Origin: Priapulus caudatus
Lineage: Eukaryota
Reading direction: 5' to 3'
NCBI RefSeq assembly: GCF_000485595.1
Contig: NW_014577071.1
Location: 509,213-546,958 of the forward strand
Length of the DNA: 37,746 bases
Shown here: piece by piece, positions 23,995 to 36,625 of the stretch
Layout: the number at the start of each line of letters is the position of its first letter
How positions within the stretch are numbered: position 1 is the stretch's first letter
Made by a program: the position numbers and the translations under genes
The notes under the pieces: model-generated
Database searches by the model: none
The model's input: the letters and a program-made list of their open reading frames with translations, nothing else
What the model was told of the DNA's origin: nothing

Positions 23995-24930
23995 CGAAGC
24001 TCGCCACGTGCGCGTGACCGGGGAAGCAGCGGGGAATCTGGTGTGCGGGTGTACGTACGTGTTGACCGCTGGCGCGCGCCGTGCTTGGCGATGCTAACGA
24101 ATCCACGCCACGGTTAATGCGGACCACGTTCACCCCCGCCAGCCTCCCAGCGATCGGCGCACGCACGCGCAAGCGCCCATGCAAAGCCACGAATCGATAG
24201 CCACCGCCACGACTATTTTCATCCGGCGATGATGATGATGATGCGACTACGCGCAGCAGCAGCAGCAGCAGCAGCAGCCGCAGCAGCAGCAGCAGCAGCA
24301 GCAGCAGCACCATTTAGAATCGAGAGATGCGCTCGCCGCGATGGGTGAACCCGCGCTGTGTTATTATGCCACGACGACGCGTTCCTTGTTCTCATCATCA
24401 TCATCGTCATCCTCATCATCATCATCATCTTCCGTGGCCACGTGCTGCAGAGACCTCCGCCGCCGTCGTTGATGTGACGCTTAATCGTGACCCACTACTG
24501 TGCAACAACAACATTTTGCGGTTGTTCGTAGTTTCGTAGCGCACGCGCCGTGTTCGTCCGAAGAGCACCGAAGCATCAGTACCAATCATCCCTGCGTGGA
24601 TTCGCCGCGAGGTACTAGAGAGCGGGGGAACGGCGCCGCTAGGAAGTTACGACTGTACTACCGTGATAAAAAACACACACACTGGGAGTAACGATTGAAT
24701 GCGTGCAGCGTTAAACAGCAGTATGCGATCGTGCGGCCTCGCAAACTCGACGTGGACTCGTAGTGAGAAGGTGATACGTATCTCGTTGTCTTAATATTTC
24801 CTCCTCGCGGTAAGGACGAGAGGAGGCTGAAGAATGTGCTATTGATGAGGAGACGGCGACGAAAGGACTATGTCAAGACAAACCTGTTGTGCTGGCATCG
24901 TTTTCACGATCTGTGTACTGCTGCAAAGGT
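23995..24930. promoter_or_regulatory. CpG-rich region with (GAT)n, (GCA)n and (CAT)n triplets; candidate promoter/first exon of an unidentified gene
   Basis: High CG dinucleotide density, CACGTG at 24005 and 24439, triplet tracts at 24228-24309 and 24392-24428, and a possible donor AAG|GTATCT at 24928/24929. No recognisable protein. Confidence 0.3.
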
Positions 24931-26060
24931 ATCTTAATACTCGTCTGTTAAACGAAAATGTTCGCCAGTTGACTGGCTTCTTAGAAAATACACACAGATT
25001 ATATGAGAAAGACTTTAGCGCTTAGATGATTACACACCCGCGGATGCGACAAAGTTTAATACACATATAACGTAACGTAGGACGCATACGACAGTAGGTT
25101 ATGGTAAGCGTATTCGCATTGGAAGAGGTAAGCACTAATTGCATATCGGTACTAGCGTACTACGCAACTAGCGAGTGCTGCAAAGTCTCTGACATAAAAA
25201 TAAGAGGAATTGCTTGCAATCGAGCGCGAGTAGAGATCTAAAGCGGTCTGCGAGGTGGGTGGCGCGTGGCGGCACAGACTCCGCAGGGCCTAACACGTGC
25301 AGTCCGAATCTGTACCGGACTCCATGACACAGATTAGCAATGGTCGGTTGGTCACAGCGTCCTACTTCCGCACTGTATATACACACGTGTTTCTGTGTAC
25401 ACTCGCGGGCTTGTGTACACATTTTCCGCAATCCAACCCACGCGGAGGCTGCGCGCGCGGATGGCATCTGACAGTATGTATAGTACTGTCGCCCCGCACA
25501 CGCGCATCAGCAAGGAAACGAGGCAGCCGGTATTCGTGCTAAGCATGCAAGTTACTCACTCTGCTGCGTATTGTCACGACACGGAACGACCCCTTTTAGG
25601 AAGAGGTCGCATACTCGTGGATGCGAGAACCGAGCGCGGATATATGTATCGGCGAGGTGCAGCCGCAACTGCAGTACACAATATGTGTAGCAGAAATGAC
25701 GAATGCAGCTGCTTGCTACCACGCACCCGCGCCTCAGCTGCTGGCCATAGATTATCTCGACGTTGAAGTCAGGCGTAAGCCGAACAATTTGCATATTGAG
25801 TTTCGGGGATATTAAGTGTAATACGCGTGGCTGGGGTCTGTGATTCACTTTGGAGTGCGAGCGATGCATGGATGATAAGAGTGGTGGCAAAGGCGAGGCA
25901 TTCGTACATGGCCATGCCATCTATGTCGTGTATTATTGAGTAATGTGATTGCCGTTAGCTAATTAATATATATAATTAACCATGCAGTAACGTTGTTATC
26001 GCACAGTTGCGTTGGACGTGAATCACTATTGTAAGGTAGACTCAGCCGTAGTCGGGATTT

Positions 26061-27165
26061 GCACACACACACACACACACACCACACAAACATAAATATA
26101 ATACAATGGGTGTGCGTGGTGTGTCGGTGTGTGTGGTTGGGGCTGGTGTGGTGGTGTCTGGTTGTGTGGGGGTTGGGTACGAGGTATGGTGGTTATGTAT
26201 GCGTGGCGTGGCGTGGCCGTAGCGCGCCGGGTCAACCACACATGGCGGCACCGCGCAAAGCCACACGCACATCAAAGACAAGTACTGAGACAATCATTAA
26301 CAAATATTTCTACAGAAATAGTAGTTTCAAGATAATCGCCAATGATGCCGTAGGTCACAGCGAGTTTCACAGATTAACTACGAAAAGGCCCGAGATTACA
26401 TTTTCTCTTCTACAGCAAATCAGGCTCAAAAATGGGCCAACAACCGTTATTTTTCTACTCTTCTCGGTCTTTTTGCCGTGCCGTCTTCCACCGCCGTCGT
26501 TTGCCGCGTCTACACTGTCTGACTGTCTGTCTTTCTTTTCTTGTCTCCTCGTCTCTCTCTCCTTCATTGTGCACGCATCTTCCATTCTCCATTCTCTAGC
26601 TCCTGGCACGCCGCATGCCGTCGCGCTGTTCGTGTCTTCGTGTCGTGTTGTCGTGTGGCGCTCGCTCCGCGTGTTTGCGATGTATGTGTCTGAGCTTAAG
26701 CGGGAACAGCATCACAATAACGCAGCACGCTCCTTCGCGTTAACGAATACAGCTCGGTATATATAAATAATCTCACGGGGGTTACATGTGCATCTCCGCC
26801 TATACGGCAGATCCATGTGCACCGAAGCGCGATATTAGGCTAAACTCAGTGGCCGCGACGCACTGAGTTAGATTCCGGCAAGACACATAAAACACACACA
26901 CACAACACACACACACACAACAAACACACCACACAGGCAAAACACACGCACACAACACACACACAACACCACAACACCACACACACGCGCGCACAGACAC
27001 CGCATAGACACACACCCACACAGCGCACGCACCACACACTCATCCACAACGCCCAGGTCCGCACCGGCGGCGTTCAACACAACAACCACACACACACACC
27101 ACACAGCACACCACACACACATCACACAAGCCACACCCACACGATCGCGACACCAAGGCACACGC

Positions 27166-27205
<40 letters not shown>

Positions 27206-27316
27206 CACACGCACTAGCCGCACACACACACACGACACACACATATTCACCACACAACACACACACACACACACACAGCACCCACACACAACAGCAACAC
27301 ACACACACACACACAA
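26061..27316. repeat. (CA)n/(TG)n tracts (26061-26220 and 26883-27316)
   Basis: Directly visible; separated by unique sequence. Confidence 0.9.
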
Positions 27317-28254
27317 CAATCAGCTTCCAACCCCCCGCGCCGCCACACCAGCCGGATCACCACCCAGAAATAAGCCACAGCCACCAAACTTGCAATCGCC
27401 CGCACCCAACATAATGCGAATTCTTACTGGCGAACGAGGGAATGCGCACTGATAACACTGCGCCAAAATCATCGGCTGCCCTTAGCACGAGAAAGCAACA
27501 TAGAATAGATAGCATATGAGAGACGGCTGCTAACCGACTTACGCCAATGATCGCCTATACAGTGCATCCAATATAAGATCGTATGCACATGCCGACATCT
27601 AGTTCCACCACGCTTCTTAGCGTCAAACAGAGCATGCCGATATCACCTCTCCACACTACGCTACGGACACTACCGCGCGCGTGTACCCGCGAAATGTTCT
27701 TAATAGCCTGCGTCCGATTTACAACAACAGACGTACTTCCAGTTAATTAAGCCAATCGAAAATGCTACAAAACATCCATGAAGCTATGACCACAAGGTCA
27801 AAGCATAGACGAAAAGGGGTAGGTGCATTATAATAGCATCTCTTCAATGCCCCCCGAGAGCAACTGAGTCAAAAATGCACCGTAACTCCTCTATGGTGCG
27901 TGTCGCAGCTTTGCAATTAACTGTGGTGCTCTTGACCCAAGCCTTCATCTCGATTCGCCTCCGGCCAAACATGTTCTGTTCTTGCCATCTAAAACAAAGA
28001 AGGCATACCATATACGTCCGCTCCTATGACACTATTTTCTAGGAAAACTCTTTCCTATACAAATATTGGCGAGTCAACTTCGTCCGCTATTGCAGCGAAA
28101 TATCACTGCTTGCGTCATAATAGCGCTCCTAAACTCCTATGATGCGCAAACACATACAACAAATATTGCCATAGAACGAACTCTTCCTATGACAAATAGT
28201 GTCATTGAGAGAGGCGATATGCTATGTCGTATTGTCATAGATGCTAGCAGAACA

Positions 28255-28328
28255 GGTGTCCAGTCAGTTGAACCCCGCACCTGCCACATACGAGGCGAGC
28301 ACGTCACTCATTCGAGCCATCGCAGTGG
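28255..28328 (-). mobile_element. Degenerate tRNA-like segment (possible SINE head)
   Basis: Minus strand CCACTGCGATGGCTCGAATGAGTGACGTGCTCGCCTCGTATGTGGCAGGTGCGGGGTTCAACTGACTGG has an A-box-like TGGCTCGAATG and a B-box-like GGTTCAACT at tRNA spacing; no good cloverleaf. Confidence 0.45.
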
Positions 28329-28689
28329 TGACAAATAGTGTCAAGGAGAGCGTTATAGCGTATGCGTATTTGCATAGATGCAAGTAGGAATTGATATAGC
28401 CGGTATAAGCTGCGCAACACGCGCGCTGTAGCAGGCATCTAGTTTCTCAGTCGTTCCAAGGGACGAATGTCATGGAGTCAGTACAGCCGAGAAGGCGCAA
28501 TACGACACACGATGAACTGGTTACCGCTGCTGATAGAAGAACTTCTGACTGCTACGATAGACCGACTACGACCAAACTTCGGAGGTAAATTATAAAAGTC
28601 TGTAACGGTCGTAAGGTTAGTACAATATATATCTATATATAGTATATATATATATATATATATATAATATAAGTATATAGGTGTGTGTA

Positions 28690-29474
28690 CTCAGCCGGGA
28701 TACCCAGGCGTTGCCCCGGGGAAATCAGTGCGTTACGCTCAGTTGTGACCGCTTGGTTGAAAGGAAAAATACCCCAAACACATCCTAACTATCATCTATC
28801 CATGGCATCGCAAGCCATGATGCATGCCATCCATCCATATCACCCCACTCTATCCCATCCATCCCGTCCATCTATCGCACCGCATCCCGATCCAATCCCA
28901 TCCCATCCCATATCCGCATCTCAATATCCATCCCATCCCATGACATGCCACCCATGCCAGCCACTCCATCCAATCCATCCCATCCCAGTCGCATCGCCAT
29001 GCCATCCCATGTTCCATCCATGCCATCCAAGACAGTAAAAACAATAAGAAACACAAAGATAAAACATTAAAATCAAAATTAAATAAAACGTAAGAAATTA
29101 GAAATAATACATACCTAAAGAGGTAGGTAAGGGAATAAAAGAAAAAAGGGGAAAAATAAGTTCCCAGCTTGAGACATCGAAACCGCGCAATCCCGGTGTA
29201 AGGAGACGGATGTTCTAGCGATTAGGTCACTGCGCCGTTAAGGGCATACACCATGGATCGCACACGTACATGGATCTTTTAATCTGTACGGCACGCGCCA
29301 TCCTATGATGAATGATAATTTACAATTTTAACTTATTTACTTTTTACATTTTTGTTTCAAGCCGAAGACCCCAGACTGCTGATCTGAAATATCTGTGTGT
29401 TTTTTTCTAGGCGGCGGACGTTCTCAGTTTGCGAGTCACGGAATCTCGGCTGAACACACTTTATATATACTAGA
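28690..29474 (-). mobile_element. Non-autonomous Helitron, noisy copy
   Basis: Indel-rich version of 34371-35178: ctcagccgggatacccaggcgttgccccggg terminus, (CCATC)n, tRNA-like segment at 29161-29236, tatatatactaga|t end. Confidence 0.75.
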
Positions 29475-30925
29475 TAGTATTTGTGGTATTTGGTATGATG
29501 GTATTGCCTCACACGACCTACCAATGGCATGTTTTACTGGATCGCGGTGCGTGCTGCCAGAAACTTGTGTGCACCTACTTGTTGCAGTCTGGTTTATGAT
29601 GCACCTACACGTAAACTGCAGTAGCATTGAATGAGCACCGCGTATTGCAAGCTTTGGCTGTGATGCACTATGTCAGCACATCCGCTAATGCATAAACACC
29701 ATACGGCGTTTAGCGTTATGCGTCTGTAAGTTCCACAGATCGTGCCGCTGAATTGATCAATGATTAATTTCGGTACCTAAATTCAATGTTCTCCCTTCTC
29801 CCGTATAGGTATAGCACTCTAGATGAACATTTCAATAGTCCCATAGTAGGGACGTACGAAATTGCATTACATATGACATTTTAACACAGTTCAGACAAAT
29901 GACAAGGCCTATTATAGTTGATATGACACCACACACACACACATCAACGCGCGGCCACGCACAGCAGCACACGGGCACACGCAAGCGCGCCACGCACAGC
30001 CCACGCACAACGCCAGCAACGCAGCCGCGCACCGCGCACGCGCGGAACGCGCGACAGCGCTAAACGCGCAAACCACGGCACAACGCACACGCACAACCTC
30101 GGACCGCGTCACAACTGGTCAGACCAGGGGATTCGCAGATGATCGTTGCCGACACGACGCACAATCGCACGCACAGCCACCCACACACACACAGCAAACG
30201 CAAACACCTACATATGGGCGCGCACACAACACAATCACGACGCACACAGCGACCCACACACACACACACACGGCACACGCCAGCACGCACACGCCACACG
30301 GCACACGCACACGCACAACGCCCACGCCACCAACGCCACAAACGCACACGCACCATACGCCAGCACACTGGCTTGCCGAGACCCAGGGAAGGCCGCAGCG
30401 CGCCCACCAAAGCGCAGCACACAAGTCGACCCCGAACCACACACGGCCGCGACACCAACGCACGCAAAAACACACACACACACACAAACCGCAACGCACT
30501 CTACACACGCAGCACACACAACACAACACCGGCCACACAACACCACACACCCAACATACAACACACACACACACACACACACAAACATACACACACACAC
30601 ACACACAACACAACACACACAGCACACAACACCACCAAACCGCAACACTCTACGACCACGGCACACATACATTCCAATCATTCATCACCGGTCCTTGGCA
30701 GATGTCTGCCGTCCTAGTAACTGATGGGAAGCCTCCACGCTGCAACAATATCCTGCAAATGAGCTCGTAAACGCGGCTCAATCGCGAGTTACAACAACAA
30801 GACGGGGTAAAAAAAAAAGGATCCATCGATGACGGTTTACGTCGCCTAGAAAGCGATCGACAACATACCTCCCGGCTCTAACGCTACACCGTGCCAAACG
30901 AGAGGAGAGAGAAGAGAGAGAGAGA

Positions 30926-30963
<38 letters not shown>

Positions 30964-31042
30964 GAGAGAGAGAGAGAGTAAGAGAGAGATAGAGCAGAAG
31001 ATAGAGAAGAGAGATAGAGAGAAGGGCAAAGAGAAAAGAGAA

Positions 31043-31104
<62 letters not shown>

Positions 31105-31252
31105 TAGAGAGAACGAGGAGACAGATAGAGAGGACGCAGAGAGAGAGAGAGAGAGAGACGAGAGGAGAGATAGAGATACGCACAGAGAGAAAAGAAGAGA
31201 GAAGAGAGAAGAGAGAGCGAGAGAGAGAAAGAGAGAAAGGAGAAGAGGAGAG

Positions 31253-31325
<73 letters not shown>

Positions 31326-31390
31326 AAGATAAGAAGAGAGAACGAGAGGCATAGATGTGGATCTAAGATCCATCTCAGGCTATACACGAA

Positions 31391-31550
31391 TCTATCTAAT
31401 ATAATATTTGAGTTCGTCATGTCTGATCTATGTAGGCTAGTGTATGTATCTATCCTATAGGCGGTCAAACCGCCCAAGCGATCTGATGCAATTGCACAGG
31501 GCCATCTCTTAATACCCCCGCGCGTTTGTAAGCTGGAAAACAAAGCCTGT
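31391..31550 (+). mobile_element. Probable 5' end of a second Helitron-like family, cut by gap
   Basis: A|TCTATCTAATATATAA start followed by GTAT-type repeats; same sequence at 37010 onward. No 3' hairpin-CTAG seen. Confidence 0.45.
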
Positions 31551-31575
31551 NNNNNNNNNNNNNNNNNNNNNNNNN
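31551..31575. other. Assembly gap (25 N)
   Basis: Run of N. Confidence 1.
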
Positions 31576-32720
31576 GACACCACGATAGACTTAGGATATG
31601 TTAGCCAGACAGATACACCACACTTTGACGAGACCCATAGACTTAGACATACTGACTCTTATAGGAGAAAACAGTCATCTCCACTGCATAGATGAAATAA
31701 TCACAGCAGACACGCTAGATGCTATCGCAAAGTTGCTATGATAGAACTCTGTCCCATGCGTTACATATAAGGACAAACATTAGACAATCATCAAGACCAA
31801 CCGCCAAATGGTGGGTTTTACGCAGTTTTTAATCATTGAAAAGCGAGAGTTATCTCTAGTTCTCTAGGGTTATTTCAGCTAATTAGGTTATAATACGCTA
31901 GACAATTAATAAAAGGTCAGGTAATCACCTATTTAGAAATTTTTTTTTTATGTTCAAAACTAACGGACTACAGTTTGATTACAACGACGGTGGCGCACTT
32001 CAAAGCGCACGAGGTCTGAATAAGTTGCGCCAAAAACTCACATTCCAAGCCAAGGCCTACCGACCTGAGGGGTTTGCTTATTTAATGCATTGAAAAACAA
32101 AAGATTGAATCTCTATAAACGACATATAGTTTCAGTTATAATATGGATAAATTTGCCCGAAAATGAATATCGTTCGGTTAAATAGCATTTATATTAGGCA
32201 TAAATATAATTGCACTTTTGTGATTAGCCCTCGGTCTGTAACCTGCAAAATAAATTGTCAAATACGCAACTTTTTCGGGGTGGCAGCACGGTCGCGGGTG
32301 TCATGGCGCCGTTCAAATTTCGTAGCGTTGATGTGTAATTAATTATAACAATTAAATTAGGTATCTGGTAACAAATACGTGAGGGTATAGACGATTCGTT
32401 ATACAGTAAGTACAGTTGTATGCAGTAAAATCCTAGAGGCTACTGTCCCTTTAAATTGTAAATATAGCTGTGCCATCTTGTTTCGTTGCGGCGATTTTTA
32501 ACTACACAACGGGATAACACAGTGTGAGAGACTAGCTACAAGGAGACAAGCTATACCAGTGAGACCACGTACTCGTGAAGAAGGAGATACGAATCACAAC
32601 AACAACAACAACATCTCCGACCTGTGATTGGAGGATAAAAATAGAATTTGTGACGTTTCGTTTTCATGTTGCATTCCCCGCCGCATATGCGATTACGCTA
32701 TGACCGGTAGGAAAGTTGGT

Positions 32721-32802
32721 TCAAGGATAGAGATGATGTCCAGGACGGTGATAGGATAGGATTATGTTTATTACATTTACTGGACATCATCTCTATCCTT
32801 GA
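32721..32802. mobile_element. 82-bp hairpin with perfect 23-bp inverted repeat (MITE remnant)
   Basis: tcaaggatagagatgatgtccag (32721-32743) is the exact reverse complement of ctggacatcatctctatccttga (32780-32802); GGAAAGT occurs on both flanks. Confidence 0.75.
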
Positions 32803-33109
32803 GCCGGAAAGTGTACTAACTATCATATGGCGCGAACAATTTGAGTTCCATTTCTGTAAATTCTAGCTATTATAGACACATCGTCACATGTCTTAGCTTA
32901 GATACAATAATGTAACGCAAACACAGGATAGGGTTACAACGCGAGTCTATCCGTTTGTGTGGAGGAACCCCTGAGTGAATCACTCAGGGCGGTTTGCTGG
33001 TGCGTTTTCAGAGACTAGAACTTCCAAACTGGGTTTATTCTCAACACGAACCTTTCTCCGCTATCCCGGAACTTACTATGTATCACAATACTCTATGGAA
33101 AGCCATCCC

Positions 33110-34364
33110 CATCAAAAATCATTTTCAAACATTTCAAATACACAATTTTAAATCAATTTTAAACATTTCAAATTAATTTAAAAAAATACAAATTACTTTA
33201 TATTGTTTGAGAAATTTAAATTCAAAATTTAAAATCAATTCACAGAATAACAAATCAATTTATTAACTTGCAAATTAATTCACAACTTTCCAAAATAATT
33301 ACCTGATATACAAATTCCTTCACATCATTGTAAAAATTCATTTTCTAAACGTACAATTTATTTTCAAAACAACAAACCAATTTACTAACTTGCAATTTAA
33401 TTGAGAACATGTTACATGAACTCACAAATGTTCAAATCTTGCTTCATCACCCTAACAATTGAAATTATAAGTTTTAAATTAATTTACAGAATAACGAATC
33501 AGTTCACTAAGTTTGAAATTAATTTATTACTTTTAACATTAATCACTAGAAATGCGAATCTAACTGTTGGATTCAGAATTATTAGGTAACAGACGACAAA
33601 TGTATAGCTTAAATTACAAATTAATCATGCAGCTTTCAAAACATATATAAATGTTTACAATCAAAGAGCTATTTTAACAATCAATTTATACAACTTCCAA
33701 TCTATTCAAGACATCTGAAATCACTTACTACCGTTTACAATTTGCCGCCCACTTTGTTGTTTCCGGTCCGTGTGCAAAACTATTCAGGAAACTTTGAATC
33801 AATTCATAGGACTTGCAATCTATTCACTACACTTTCCAAACCAGCCAACTACAAACCAAACTCCAAATCAATTCATTCTAAAAGTGCCCGGATGCTTCAG
33901 CTCGGATGGATACGCTATAGTATTGGAGGATCCGATTTTTACCACTCTGCGGGAAAGATGTGTTTGTTTACAGCTGTACACTGTAGTGACAGTGTTGCCC
34001 AAGGAGCGTTCAGCGTGACGTCACGTCCAGGTCACGTGTGTAAACACTAAACATAGCTCTGCTGGTTGGCAAAAACGTTCGCCGCCACAGGCACTTGGAA
34101 CGTCTCAATAAAATAAAATAAAAGTAAATAAACACGAAATGTATTTACTACCAAAGTCTTAATGTTTCTCTACTCTAATTCGCCTATAATCACCTGTAAA
34201 TGCCGGTCAAATGCTCATCTGCAACACACAAGTACACCGCACGCTTGCCCTGTGCTGCGTGCACAAACAACATGAACAGTGAATCAAGCAATTATTTTGG
34301 AAAGTTTCTGAATTAATTTGCAAGTTAATATATTGATTTGTTATTCTGTGAATTGATTTTAAAA
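33110..34364. mobile_element. Foldback-like element with A-rich degenerate tandem repeats and ~80-bp inverted arms
   Basis: 33228-33307 matches the reverse complement of 34283-34364 (about 90% by eye). aaatcaattcac/acttgcaaatt-type units recur over 33110-33880. The right arm stops where the Helitron begins. Confidence 0.6.
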
Positions 34365-34370
34365 TGTGTA

Positions 34371-35178
34371 CTAGCGGGATACCCGGCGTTGCCCGGGGAA
34401 ATCAGTGGCGTTACTCAGTTGGTGACCGCTTGGTTGAAAGGAAAATACCCCAAACAATCTAACTATCTATCTATCCATGCATGCATCCATGCATGCATCC
34501 ATCCATCCCATATCATCCCATCTCATCCCATCCCATCCCGTCCCATCTTATCGCACCGCATCCCATCCAATCCCATCCCATCCCATATCCCATCTCATAT
34601 CCCATCCCATCCCATGACATGCCATCCCATGCCATGCCATCCCATTCCATCCCATCCCATCCCATCCCATTCCATCCCATCCCATCCCATCGCATCCCAT
34701 GCCATCCCATGCCATCCCATGCCATCCCAAACAGTAAAAACAATAAGAAAACAAAAGATAAAAGACATTAAAAATTAAAAATTAAAATTAAAAAGTAAGA
34801 AATTAGAAATAATACATACTAAAGAGGTAGGTGAAGGGAATAAAATGAAAAAAGGGGAAAATAAGTTCCCCAGCTGAGACTCGAACCCGCAATCCCGGTG
34901 TAGGAGACGGATGTTCTAGCGATTAGGTCACTGCGCCGTTAAGGGCATACACCATGGATCCACACGTATGTGATGTTTTAATCTGTACGCACCGCCATCT
35001 ATTGATGAATATAATTTTTATCAATTTTTAACTTTTTAACTTTTTTACATTTTTGTTTCAGCCGTAGACCCCAGACGTGCTGATTCTGAAAATATCTGTA
35101 GTTTTTTTTTCTAGGCTGCGGAGTTCTCTAGTTATGCGAGTACGGATTAATTCGGCTGAACAACTTTATATATATAGA
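34371..35178 (-). mobile_element. Non-autonomous Helitron (808 bp)
   Basis: Minus strand begins A|TCTATATATATAAAG and ends with hairpin CCCGG-GCAACG-CCGGG (34382-34397), 7 nt, then CTAG|T. AT target, no TSD. Internal (GGATG)n satellite at ~34470-34728. Confidence 0.88.
34866..34937 (-). pseudogene. tRNA-Arg(CCT)-like pseudogene/Pol III cassette inside the Helitron
   Basis: GGCGCAGTGACCTAATCGCTAGAACATCCGTCTCCTACACCGGGATTGCGGGTTCGAGTCTCAGCTGGGGAA resembles metazoan tRNA-Arg-CCT (CAGTGGCCTAATGG...CTCCTAA...GGGATTGTGGGTTCGAGTCCCACCTGGGG). A and B boxes are recognisable, acceptor and anticodon stems are mismatched, and TTTT follows within a few nt. Confidence 0.75.
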
Positions 35179-35204
35179 TAGGTATTTGTGGTATTTGTAT
35201 AGGT

Positions 35205-35382
35205 ATTTGTATGCACTACACACTACCAATGGCAGTTTACTGGTGATGCGGTGCGTGCTGCAGATAATTTGTGATGCACTCTATTGTTGCAGTCTGGTTT
35301 ATGATGCACTACACGTATTGCAGTTGAATTTTGAATGATGCACTGCGTATTGCAGCTTTGGCTGTGATGCACTATGTGCAGC
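35205..35382. repeat. Minisatellite with (G)ATGCACT...TTGCAG core
   Basis: About six imperfect units of roughly 25-35 bp; also present at ~29500-29680. Confidence 0.7.
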
Positions 35383-36594
35383 AATCGGTTAATGATAAAC
35401 ACATACGGCGTTTAGGCGTTGATGCGTCTGTAAGTTCCACAGATTCGGTGCCCTGAATTGATCACTGAATTAATTTCGGTACATAATTCAATGTTCTTCC
35501 CTTTCTCCGGTATATATAGCACTCTAGATGAAATTTCAATTATGTCCATATAGTGACGTATCGAAATTGCATTACATATGACATTTTACACAGTTCAGAC
35601 AAATGAGCAGGCCTATTATATTGATATGACACACACACACACACACACACACACACCGCGCGCGCGCCGCTACGCACACGCACACGGCACAGCCGACGCA
35701 CAATGCGGGGCACGCAACGGCCCGGGGGCGAGGTGGACCGTAAGCGCACACGCAAGCCGCAAGCCGCAATCGCGCACAGCGCACAGCGCACAGCGGCACG
35801 CGCACACGCACACGCACACCACAGCAGCGACGCACACCCTCGCACCAAGCACACACACAGGAGCAGGCACACAAACCCGCAAACACTTACATAGACACAC
35901 ACCACAATCCACGCAACATACACACACACACACGCGTGCACACACGCACGACGCAACAGCGCACAACGTGAGAGACGCACACGCGACGAACGCGAACCGC
36001 ACAGCGACCGCACACCGACACGACACGACGCGACACGCACGACGCACACACCAGCACCAATCGCACGGGTGGTCAAAAAAGAACACACCAACACACACAC
36101 AAAACCGCAAATACACTCCTACACACGGGCACGCACAACACACACACACACACACAACACACACATCGACACAACATACACACACACACACCACACACAC
36201 ACACAGCACACACACACACACACCACACAACACACACACACACAACACCACAGGGGACTGCAAACCGCAACAAGTTCTACACACGCACACATATCATTGC
36301 CATCGTTCATCATCCGTGTCTTGGCAGATGTCTGCCGTCCTATACTGATGGATAGCCTCACCGGTCCTTGCAACATATCCTGCATGAGCTCGTAACGCGG
36401 TCAACGCGAAGTTTACAACAAGCAAGACGGGGCATCGATGACGTGTTTGCGTCGCCTATAAGCGATCGACAACATCCTTCCCGCTCTAACCTACACCGTG
36501 CCAAACGAGAGAAGAGAAGAGAGATTAGAGAGAGAGTGAGAGAGAGAGAGAGAAGAGAGAGAGAGAGGGGGGAGAAGAGAGAAGAGAGGAAAGC

Positions 36595-36625
<31 letters not shown>

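Larger units (their letters stand above)
28684..31550 (+). repeat. Copy 1 of a ~2.8-kb direct duplication (copy 2 at 34365-37185)
   Basis: Colinear modules in both copies: Helitron, GATGCACT minisatellite, (CA)n, unique spacer, (GA)n, second Helitron-like head. Differences are mostly 1-2 nt indels; ends at an N gap. Confidence 0.93.

Noticed and set aside
32436..32454. Kolobok-like terminus (reverse complement TTAAAGGGACAGTAG); similar TTAAAGGAAC end at ~6847-6856
   Set aside because: No matching partner TIR could be found in the window, so element boundaries cannot be supported.
32969..32989. Perfect 10-bp hairpin CCCTGAGTGA-A-TCACTCAGGG
   Set aside because: Too short to interpret; no CTAG end, T-tract or TSD context.
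34866..34937. Functional tRNA-Arg gene
   Set aside because: Acceptor and anticodon stems contain mismatches, the D-loop GG is altered, and it sits inside a transposon.
35205..35382. CRISPR-like repeat-spacer pattern
   Set aside because: Eukaryotic context, short imperfect units with related spacers and no cas genes; it is a minisatellite.
21765..36604. Numerous His/Thr, Cys/Val, Ser/Leu and HPIPS-type ORFs
   Set aside because: All coincide with (CA)n, (TG)n, (GA)n or (CCATC)n repeats.
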